A stretch of DNA of 24,769 nucleotides, taken from Candidatus Fermentibacteraceae bacterium. GTDB taxonomy: Bacteria > Fermentibacterota > Fermentibacteria > Fermentibacterales > JCC-6. Below are positions 8,853 to 16,224 of the stretch, one piece after another (position 1 is the stretch's first letter; every line of letters begins with the position of its first letter). The DNA lies in the NCBI GenBank assembly GCA_041686025.1, contig JAWLEP010000021.1:18505-43273 (forward strand), written 5' to 3'. Under the pieces are notes generated by a model that had not been told where the DNA came from, searched no databases, and was given only the letters and a program-made list of their open reading frames with translations. Made by a program: the position numbers and the translations under genes.

Positions 8853-9104
8853 TCAGACCTTGCGAAAGGCCACGGCGTGGTATGTACGCGGCCCGGAGGC
8901 GAACCTTCCCAGCGTCTCTCCCCGCAGCCCGGCCTTCTCGGCCGTCCGCAGGAGGGCGTCATGCCCCTCGAACATGTCCGCCTCCCGGGCGAAGCGCATG
9001 TAGGTTTCCGGGGTGATCTCGCCGTGTCTTCGCACCGCCTGCCGCGGATCCAGCGTCCCGCCGCACATGGGACAGGCCGCCAGTTCCAGAAAGCTGTAAA
9101 GCAC
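8853..9104 (-). CDS. Small CxxC protein with Trm112-like N-terminus; possibly an internally deleted methyltransferase remnant
   Basis: GTG 9104 after GGGAGG. 83 aa beginning LYSFLELAACPMCGGTL, with only one CxxC. Confidence 0.5.
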   Translation of the reverse strand: MLYSFLELAACPMCGGTLDPRQAVRRHGEITPETYMRFAREADMFEGHDALLRTAEKAGLRGETLGRFASGPRTYHAVAFRKV

Positions 9105-9139
9105 TCCCGTCCTCCCTTCGCAAGTCCTTCGCAATTAGC

Positions 9140-9206
9140 GATAAATTAATAAATATTTATGGACATATCAAGATTGACTTCTCGGGCCGGGAATTGCATA
9201 TTATAT
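9140..9206. promoter_or_regulatory. AT-rich divergent promoter region with 12-bp palindrome
   Basis: ATAAATATTTAT palindrome at 9149-9160. TTGACT (9174-9179)-17 nt-CATATT on the + strand. Confidence 0.45.
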
Positions 9207-9339
9207 GCGGTACTTTGCCGGCTTATAGCTCTCCAAGCCCTTGCAGACAAGCCGGTTGGCATATCTCGTTGATTCAGGGCTCTGAGGGGGACGCCGGAGA
9301 TGTGTCCCGGGCTGCCCCCTGCTTCGGGGAGGATGCGGA

Positions 9340-10338
9340 ATGAGAGAGTCACTGATCCGCCGTTTGTGCTGCCCCTCCTGTAGAGGCGGCCTCTCCTGGA
9401 GGGTCGACGTCGAGGCGGAGGGGAGGATTCTGCAGGCCCGGGCGGAATGCGGAGGCTGCGGCCGGACATATCCGGTATCCGACGGCATAGGGGTATTCCT
9501 GGAATCGGCAGCCGGGGAGGAGGACCTCTGGCAGACCTCTGAGAGCGGCCTTGCGGCCTTCCTGTCGGAGAATCCGGATGTGGAGCGGGAGCTGATGGAG
9601 TCTCCCCTCTCGGGGCTGGGCCCCGCCGACCTCTTTCTTAGGGCCATGGCGCACGAGGAGAGGGGCGAAGCGGCGGAAGCGGCGAAGGCCCGGGAGATGG
9701 CGCTGCCGGACATGTACACAGAGGACTACCACCGATGCCTGGAGAGCCAGACGGACTACGTGCTGGAGCGGGTGTCCGGGGACGGGGATTTCGTTGTGGA
9801 CCTGGCCAGCGGAATGGGAGCCCTGGTGGAGAGGCTGGCAATGGCCGGCGCCGGGCATGTGGTCTCCACGGACATCAGCCCGTTGGCCCTGCTGCGGTCG
9901 AGGCGCCGCATGGAGGAGCTGGGGCTTGCCGAAGGGATGAGCTTCCTGGCCCTGGACGCGCGCTCGACCCCGTTCAGGGACGGAGCCGTGGAGACGATGA
10001 CCAGCCTGCTGGGGCTGGCAAACGTCCAGCATCCGGAGGGCCTGCTTGAGGAGCTTCGCAGGGTGGTCTCGGGAAGGCTCATGGCCGTTCACCACTTCTA
10101 TCCTCGCGTGGAGGACGGCAACACGGCCCTGCTGCGGGAGCACGGCCTGGACACGCTGATGCTGGAGGGCAGCTTCATGGACCTGATGCGGAAGGCCGGC
10201 TGGGAGGTGCTGCTGGCCAACAGGTGCTCGGGGAGGGCCGAGCCCACGCCGCCGGGCCGGGTCATCGAGGGTGCCAGGTTCGATGCCCTGCCGGCGGAGC
10301 CCACGGTGCTCAAGTGGGCTACGGTAGTGGCGATGTAG
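9340..10338 (+). CDS. Class I SAM-dependent methyltransferase with N-terminal Trm112-like zinc module
   Basis: GGAGG SD. CPSC...CGGC...YPVSDGI at the N-terminus, motif I VVDLASGMG, then TDISP and LDARSTPF. Confidence 0.85.
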   Translation: MRESLIRRLCCPSCRGGLSWRVDVEAEGRILQARAECGGCGRTYPVSDGIGVFLESAAGEEDLWQTSESGLAAFLSENPDVERELMESPLSGLGPADLFLRAMAHEERGEAAEAAKAREMALPDMYTEDYHRCLESQTDYVLERVSGDGDFVVDLASGMGALVERLAMAGAGHVVSTDISPLALLRSRRRMEELGLAEGMSFLALDARSTPFRDGAVETMTSLLGLANVQHPEGLLEELRRVVSGRLMAVHHFYPRVEDGNTALLREHGLDTLMLEGSFMDLMRKAGWEVLLANRCSGRAEPTPPGRVIEGARFDALPAEPTVLKWATVVAM

Positions 10339-10379
10339 CCGGTCTCGCTACAAACGCAGACTCACGCGAAGGAATACGT

Positions 10380-10655
10380 ATGCTTCAGACACTGCTGACC
10401 GTTTTCGCAACCGTTTTCGTAGCCGAGCTGGGGGACAAGACGCAGCTGGCCACAATGCTCTTCGCGGCGGACCGGAAGGTCAACCTGCCGCTGGTCTTCG
10501 CTGGTGCCTCCCTGGCTCTGATCGCGGCTTCCGCGCTGGGCGTCCTGGCGGGAGGCGCGATCTCGCGCCTCTTCAGCGAGCGTCAGCTGAGGATAGTGGC
10601 CGGAGCGGCCTTCATACTGGTGGGGGTGTGGACGCTGGTGAGGAGCGCCGGCTGA
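10380..10655 (+). CDS. TMEM165/GDT1 (UPF0016) family cation transporter, single-domain form
   Basis: AAGGA SD, ATG 10380. 91 aa, 3 TM helices, signature FVAELGDKTQ. Confidence 0.9.
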   Translation: MLQTLLTVFATVFVAELGDKTQLATMLFAADRKVNLPLVFAGASLALIAASALGVLAGGAISRLFSERQLRIVAGAAFILVGVWTLVRSAG

Positions 10656-10664
10656 GCCGCTCCG

Positions 10665-11933
10665 TCAGGCTTCCCGTCTGAGCTTGCGCAGAGACAGGAC
10701 CATCACCGCCGCCCCGCCCAGTATGACGGAGAAGGCCGTGGCAATGGCGGCCCCCACGGCACCGTAGCGCGGTATGAGAACGATGTTTAGGCCCACATTC
10801 ACCGTGGCCGAGACGATTACGCTGTACAGGGCGTAGGAGGGTTTGCCCACCGCCGCCGACATGCATCCGAACATGCTGCCCAGAGGCTTGAACACCATCA
10901 GAATTCCGAGGATCATCAGCACCGGGGCGGCGGCATCGTACTTCCCCTCGAAGAGGAAGTTCAGTATCCGGCGGGGGAAGAAGACGAAGCCCACCACCAG
11001 GGGTAGCTGTATCAGGGAGACCACCATTACGGCCCCCATTACGCGGTGGAGGACGCCCGAGCGGCGGCCGGAGGTCCACATTCGCGATATCACCGGCAGC
11101 ACCACCAGCTTGGCGGCGTTGTTCAGCGTGTCGGCCAGGGCGGTGAGAGTCCGGCAGGCCGAGTAGCCCGACACCTCCCTCTCGGGAGCCAGCTTGCCCA
11201 GAAGCAGTATGTCGGTGCGGGCGTAGATGCTGCTTGCCAGCCCGGCTCCCAGGGTTACCACGGAGAAGCCGAACAGCTTGCCCAGCTCCCTCCTGTCGAA
11301 GCCCAGTGACGGCTCGATGTGGGGCCAGGCGAAGACGCCGCCGACGGCCGTGGATATGAGGTTGCCCAGGATCATGGCCCCGAAGACCTGCAGGGGAGAG
11401 GTGAGGGATTCGGTCAGCAGAAAGTAGCCCACCACGGCGATGCGCACCAACACCGAGGAGACGTCGGCCGTCATCATACGGACCATCTTCTGCTTCGCCT
11501 GCAGGATGCTGTGCGGCAGGCTCGCCGAGGCGCTGGTCACCACCAGGAGCGCTATGGCCCATGGAATGCCCCGCAGATCTATGTCGGAGTAGAACGACTG
11601 CAGGGTGCTGCCCAGGGACAGAAGCAGCGCTCCGATCAGGCCGGCTATTCCCAGGGCCAGTACGATGGCGGCATTGGTGAACCGGCGCTCTCGGCGCGTG
11701 TCGCCCTCCGCCACGTGCTTGACAATCGCCTGCATTACGAACCCGCCGCCCAGCATCATGGCGAAGATCTGTACGCTGCGGGCCACCGCGTATGCGGCAT
11801 AGGCCTCGGTGGGGAGGGCGCGGACTATGAGGATGGAGAACAGGCCCCACAGAGCCAGTGAGCCGCGGCTGACCAGCGCCGGTGCGCCCCTGCGCACCAT
11901 CTTGCCGCGGAAGCTCAGCATCTCCCGGATCAT
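10665..11933 (-). CDS. Wzx/MOP-superfamily oligosaccharide flippase
   Basis: About 12 TM helices. IYARTDILLLG, VSGYS and LNIVLIPRYGAVGAAIAT are typical of polysaccharide-biosynthesis flippases. Start uncertain (ATG 11933 or TTG 11963). Confidence 0.85.
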   Translation of the reverse strand: MIREMLSFRGKMVRRGAPALVSRGSLALWGLFSILIVRALPTEAYAAYAVARSVQIFAMMLGGGFVMQAIVKHVAEGDTRRERRFTNAAIVLALGIAGLIGALLLSLGSTLQSFYSDIDLRGIPWAIALLVVTSASASLPHSILQAKQKMVRMMTADVSSVLVRIAVVGYFLLTESLTSPLQVFGAMILGNLISTAVGGVFAWPHIEPSLGFDRRELGKLFGFSVVTLGAGLASSIYARTDILLLGKLAPEREVSGYSACRTLTALADTLNNAAKLVVLPVISRMWTSGRRSGVLHRVMGAVMVVSLIQLPLVVGFVFFPRRILNFLFEGKYDAAAPVLMILGILMVFKPLGSMFGCMSAAVGKPSYALYSVIVSATVNVGLNIVLIPRYGAVGAAIATAFSVILGGAAVMVLSLRKLRREA

Positions 11934-12051
11934 GCGAGACTCAGGCCTCCCCACTGCGCTCAACCGGGCCGGTTTCCGCGCAGCCGGCGGTCCGGCCGTG
12001 GACCGGCCAGGAAAGCTGGCACATTCCTGCTATCCCGTCCAGTGCTCCGGC

Positions 12052-12762
12052 TCAGATGCCCAGGCGAAGCTGCAGCCGCAGGGCCGTATCGGTCTTCTCG
12101 TTGCCCGCTACCGGAGGAAGGTTGTGGTAGGTGATGTCGTAGCCCACCAGGAAGGAGAGGTTCCCGGTAATGGAAGAGCTGGCCTCCAGCACGCTCTCCA
12201 GGGTGTAGTTCTCGGAGTTCTGGAAGTCGTTGGTCAGGGTGGCCTCCTCGGTGATGGTCCAGACCTCCGTGGCCCCCCACTCCAGGTCCATGCTCAGGTA
12301 GCCGGTGGATGTCTCCAGGATCGAGTCCTCCGTGCTCTCCCGGTGCAGCAGGCCGGCGCCGGCCTCCATCGAGGCCTGAAAGGCGCTGCTGGAGAGAATG
12401 CTGCGTCCCAGGCCCAAGGAGGCTCCGTACTCGTGGCTTATGCCCGAGAGCTCGTCCCTCCTCCAGTACCCCTGAAGCTTCGAGTAGCTGCTCTCGCTGA
12501 TGTCCCATCTCAGGCCGGTCTCCGCAGAGTACTTCTCGCGGTAGGTGTCACCCTCCTGGCTGCCGTAGGAGGCGGATGCCTTCATGTCGGCGGTGAGGTA
12601 GGGAAGAAGCGGGCGGGCCAGCTCCAGGCCGGAGTCCAGTTGTGTGACCTCGGAGTTGCCCGATGTCACCAGGCCCCCGAGGCTGGCCTGGCCCTCCCAC
12701 TGTCCCCCCGCCGCCAGGGTCGCCACGGCGGCCGCGGCCATCAGGGCTGCTGCAATTCTCAT
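12052..12762 (-). CDS. DUF481/YdiY-like outer-membrane beta-barrel
   Basis: 236 aa with signal peptide. WEGQASLG...TSGNSE, RDELSGI, amphipathic strands, C-terminal EKTDTALRLQLRLGI. Confidence 0.82.
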   Translation of the reverse strand: MRIAAALMAAAAVATLAAGGQWEGQASLGGLVTSGNSEVTQLDSGLELARPLLPYLTADMKASASYGSQEGDTYREKYSAETGLRWDISESSYSKLQGYWRRDELSGISHEYGASLGLGRSILSSSAFQASMEAGAGLLHRESTEDSILETSTGYLSMDLEWGATEVWTITEEATLTNDFQNSENYTLESVLEASSSITGNLSFLVGYDITYHNLPPVAGNEKTDTALRLQLRLGI

Positions 12763-12788
12763 CTCTCTCCTCCCGATCGGTGCCTGAC

Positions 12789-12802
12789 GTTAACTAGTTA
12801 AC
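12789..12802. promoter_or_regulatory. Perfect 14-bp palindrome, candidate operator
   Basis: GTTAACTAGTTAAC in the 60-bp gap just upstream of the DUF481 start. Confidence 0.45.
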
Positions 12803-12822
12803 TATTTTCGTCCGCGAAGCGG

Positions 12823-13758
12823 TCAGCCACCCTCCGGGAACATGCTCCGCATGGTGCGGGAGAACGCTTCGGCGGGTTCGACCTGCGGCTTCCATCCGGT
12901 GAGGCGCTCGGTGTCAGCCGTGTCCAGCTTCCAGTCGCAGCACAACAGCTCGCCGCTCTTGTGACGGTCGAAGATGGGGTAGCTGCCCCGGGCCGACCCC
13001 CAGACCTCGGAGAGGAATCCCGCCGTCCTGACCAGCGGAGCGGGAACCCGGAGGTGGAAGACCCGCCGTCCCGCCGCCTGCCGCATGAGCCGGGAGAAGT
13101 CGGTCCAGGTGAAGGTGCGCGGCCAGGAGGGCTGCAGTATCACCTGGCGGGCGTCCGGACGTTCCGGCAGCATGAGCAGCAGACGGACCAGGTCGTCGAT
13201 GTAGATCAGGCAGAAGCCCCCGCGGTTAACCCAGGGGGTGACCAGAACGCCCCTGGCGGCCATTCTGAAGAAGGGGGCGGCCGCCTCGTCTCCGGGCCCC
13301 ATCACCGCCGGCGGCCGGACTGCCACCCAGTTGGACTCGTGCCTTGCAGCCTCCTCGGCCAGTAGCTTGCTGCGGCCGTATGGGGTGGTGGCGCCTCTGC
13401 CGCCGGGCCCCGCAGCCGACTGGCTGGAGACCAGAACGAAGAGGGCCCCGGGGCAGGCGCGCCTGCGGGCGGAGAGAATGGCTCTGGTGGTGGCGGCGTT
13501 CGCGCGGTCGTACTCCTCCTGGCTGGCCGCTTTCGTCGCGCCGGCTATGTGATATATTACCTCAATGCCCTGAAGGTGTGGCTCGAGGTCATCGGGGTCG
13601 AGGAAGTCAACCCTGACGGTTTCGCACCCTCCCGGCACCCTGGAGAGGCTGGATGTCTTTCTCAGGGCTGCCTTTACCGAATGCCCCTCCTTCAGCAGGG
13701 CTTCCGCGGCTGCGCTGCCGACGAAGCCCGAGGCGCCTGTGAGCAGGACTTTGGACAT
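12823..13758 (-). CDS. NAD(P)-dependent extended SDR (epimerase/dehydratase fold); candidate ceramide reductase CerR
   Basis: GGAGG SD, ATG 13758. TGASGFVG, HIAG, VSSQSA and YGRSK motifs. Divergent from spt-bcerS. The CerR role is inferred from context. Confidence 0.8.
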   Translation of the reverse strand: MSKVLLTGASGFVGSAAAEALLKEGHSVKAALRKTSSLSRVPGGCETVRVDFLDPDDLEPHLQGIEVIYHIAGATKAASQEEYDRANAATTRAILSARRRACPGALFVLVSSQSAAGPGGRGATTPYGRSKLLAEEAARHESNWVAVRPPAVMGPGDEAAAPFFRMAARGVLVTPWVNRGGFCLIYIDDLVRLLLMLPERPDARQVILQPSWPRTFTWTDFSRLMRQAAGRRVFHLRVPAPLVRTAGFLSEVWGSARGSYPIFDRHKSGELLCCDWKLDTADTERLTGWKPQVEPAEAFSRTMRSMFPEGG

Positions 13759-13769
13759 TTCATCCTCCG

Positions 13770-13836
13770 TTGACTGGGAGTGCGGGGAGCGATTACGTTC
13801 CTGCGCAATGTAACCCGCTTGCGGAACACATGACAA
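13770..13836. promoter_or_regulatory. Overlapping divergent promoter candidates
   Basis: + strand: TTGACT (13770)-18 nt-TACGTT. - strand: TTGTCA (13836)-18 nt-TACATT. Both lie in the 89-bp intergenic gap. Confidence 0.4.
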
Positions 13837-13847
13837 GGGATGGCTGG

Positions 13848-15026
13848 ATGGACGTTTTCCAGAAGTGTCACGAGTTCGAGAGGGCCGAGCAGGTGAAGGC
13901 CAGGGGACTGTACCCGTACTTCGTTCCCCTCGGCGGTCATGTGGGTGCCGAGATGGAGATCGACGGCCACAGCATCATAATGCTGGGCTCGAACAACTAC
14001 CTCGGTCTCACCGACAATCCCTACGTCATGGAGGCGGCCCAGAACGCCATCGAGAAGTACGGTACCGGATGCACGGGAAGCCGTTTCCTCAACGGCACGC
14101 TCGATCTTCACATCGAGCTGGAAGAGCGTCTTGCGGAGTTCCTCAGGCGGGAGAAGGTGATCACCTTCAGCACCGGCTTCCAGGCCAACCTGGGCGTGAT
14201 ATCGACCCTGGCCGGCCGGGAGGACATCATCCTGGTGGACCGCTCCGACCACGCCTCCATCATAGACGGTACCAGGATGAGCTTCGCGAGGGTGATGAAG
14301 TTCCGCCACAACGACATGGACCACCTTCGCCACCAGCTGAAGAAGCACCGCGACCGGGCCGCCCTGATAGTGGCCGACGGCGTGTTCAGCATGGAGGGCG
14401 ACCTGGCCGACATCCCCGGGCTGGTCTCGGCAGCCAGGGACTACGGCGCCAGGCTGATGATCGACGACGCCCACGGTGTGGGCACCATGGGGGCCCATGG
14501 CCGCGGCACAGCCGAGCATTACGGCTGCGAGGACGACGTGGATATGCTGGTGGGCACCTTCAGCAAGTCCTTCGCCTGCATCGGGGGGTTCGCCGCCGGC
14601 CCGGCCAAGGTGATCGAATACATCAAGCATACCGCGCGGACCATGATATTCTCCGCCAGCCTGCCGCCCGCGGCGGTGGCCACGGTACTGGCAACCCTGG
14701 ACATACTGGAGAGGGAACCGGAGCTCCTCGGGAAGACCCATCGGGCCGCCGAGCGGGCCAGGAAGGGCCTGGCGGACCTGGGCTTCAACGTGGGCAACTC
14801 CGAGGCCCCCATCGTTCCGGTGATACTGGGCGAGGAGATGCTCACATTCCGGGTATGGAGGGCCCTCTTCGACAGGGGGGTCTTCACCAACCCCGTCATA
14901 ACGCCGGCGGTGCCGCCGGACGGGGACATGCTGCGGACCAGCTACATGGCTACGCATACCGATGACATGATCGACCGGGCCCTGGACATCTTCGAGCAGG
15001 TCGGCAAGCAGTTCGACCTCATCTAG
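13848..15026 (+). CDS. spt: Serine palmitoyltransferase (PLP alpha-oxoamine synthase family)
   Basis: 392 aa from ATG 13848. KARGLYPYF, GSNNYLGL, GTGCTGSRFLNGTLDLH, HASIIDG, DDAHG and GTFSKS (PLP lysine). GSRFLNGT and the neighbouring bCerS-like gene favour SPT over BioF or Kbl. Confidence 0.85.
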   Translation: MDVFQKCHEFERAEQVKARGLYPYFVPLGGHVGAEMEIDGHSIIMLGSNNYLGLTDNPYVMEAAQNAIEKYGTGCTGSRFLNGTLDLHIELEERLAEFLRREKVITFSTGFQANLGVISTLAGREDIILVDRSDHASIIDGTRMSFARVMKFRHNDMDHLRHQLKKHRDRAALIVADGVFSMEGDLADIPGLVSAARDYGARLMIDDAHGVGTMGAHGRGTAEHYGCEDDVDMLVGTFSKSFACIGGFAAGPAKVIEYIKHTARTMIFSASLPPAAVATVLATLDILEREPELLGKTHRAAERARKGLADLGFNVGNSEAPIVPVILGEEMLTFRVWRALFDRGVFTNPVITPAVPPDGDMLRTSYMATHTDDMIDRALDIFEQVGKQFDLI

Positions 15027-15038
15027 GAGGCCGTGCCA

Positions 15039-16166
15039 ATGACCCCCGTTCTGGAGGAGGTTGCCGACCGCCGCGGCAGGGCGGAGTTCGTCCACCTTCC
15101 CTTCCGGCTCTACAGGAACGACCCCTATTGGGTGCCCCCGCTGAAGCGGGAGCAGATGAAGATGCTGACTCCCGGGAAGCACCCTTTCCACGAGCACGCC
15201 GACGTGCAGCTCTTCCTGGCCAGGGACTCCGAAGGGGCGCCGGTGGGCCGGGTGGCCGCTGTAGTCAACCATACCCACAACGCCTACCACAGCGAGCGCA
15301 CAGGGTTCTTCGGTTTTCTGGAGTCGGTGCACGACGGGGAGGTGTTCGCCGCGCTGCTCGACCGGGCCTCGCAGTGGCTGCGGGACCGGGGCATGGACAG
15401 GATACGCGGGCCCATGAACTTCTCCACCAACGAGGAGTGCGGCATGCTGGTGAAGGGCTTCGGCGACTCGCCCCTGCTCATGATGCCCTACAACCCTTCC
15501 TGGTATCCTGAGATGATGGAGCGGGCGGGCTTCCGGAAGGTCCGGGACCTGCTGGCCTACAGCGTGGACCGCTACGAGCAGGAGTTCGACAGGCTGGGAC
15601 GAATAGCCGACCTGGCCGCCCGCCGGACCGACGCCACCGTCCGCAGCATAGAGATGGGCAACCTCTCCGAGGAGATACCCAGGGTCATGGACGTGTACAA
15701 CGAGTGCTGGAAGGACAACTGGGGCTTCGTTCCCATGACCGAGGCGGAGCTGGTGCAGCTGGGCGAGGAGCTGAAGCTGATCCTCGACCCCAGGCTGGCC
15801 CCCATAATAGAGGACGAGGGGCGCGCCGTGGCCTTCGCCATCGCGCTGCCGGACGCCAACCGCGCGCTGAAGACCGCCGGGGGAAGCCTCCTGCGGGCGG
15901 GACTGGCCCTGAAGGTGCCGCCGTTCAAGGTGGACATAGACCGGGTGCGCATACTCCTGCTGGGTGTCCGCGAGGACTATCGCAACAGCGGCTTCGAGGC
16001 GATACTGATCAACGAGATCGTCAGGAACACCCTGGAGATGGGCATCGACCGCGGCGAGCTCTCCTGGATCCTGGAGGACAACGTCCCCATGCGCAGGGTG
16101 CTGGAGAAGTCCATAGGCGCCGTGCAGTACAAGACCTACAGGATCTACGACAGGAATCTGGGCTGA
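15039..16166 (+). CDS. GNAT-fold N-acyltransferase, bacterial ceramide synthase (bCerS)-like
   Basis: AGGAGG SD 8 nt before ATG 15039. LYRNDPYWVPPL, GFFGFLE, RGPMNFSTNEECGMLV, MPYNP, NWGFVPMT, SWILEDN and KTYRIY motifs. Confidence 0.8.
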   Translation: MTPVLEEVADRRGRAEFVHLPFRLYRNDPYWVPPLKREQMKMLTPGKHPFHEHADVQLFLARDSEGAPVGRVAAVVNHTHNAYHSERTGFFGFLESVHDGEVFAALLDRASQWLRDRGMDRIRGPMNFSTNEECGMLVKGFGDSPLLMMPYNPSWYPEMMERAGFRKVRDLLAYSVDRYEQEFDRLGRIADLAARRTDATVRSIEMGNLSEEIPRVMDVYNECWKDNWGFVPMTEAELVQLGEELKLILDPRLAPIIEDEGRAVAFAIALPDANRALKTAGGSLLRAGLALKVPPFKVDIDRVRILLLGVREDYRNSGFEAILINEIVRNTLEMGIDRGELSWILEDNVPMRRVLEKSIGAVQYKTYRIYDRNLG

Positions 16167-16224
16167 CTCACCAGCCATCCGACGGCCCTTTTCACGCGAA
16201 TAAAGAGGACGGAGAAGGACATAC

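Noticed and set aside
10339..10379. yybP-ykoY Mn riboswitch before GDT1
   Set aside because: The gap is only 41 bp, too short to hold the aptamer.
13848..15026. BioF or Kbl annotation
   Set aside because: GSRFLNGT and LYPYF motifs and the bCerS-like neighbour favour SPT; no bio or tdh genes nearby.
16167..16224. T-box leader before alaS
   Set aside because: 58-bp gap with no T-box consensus or terminator.
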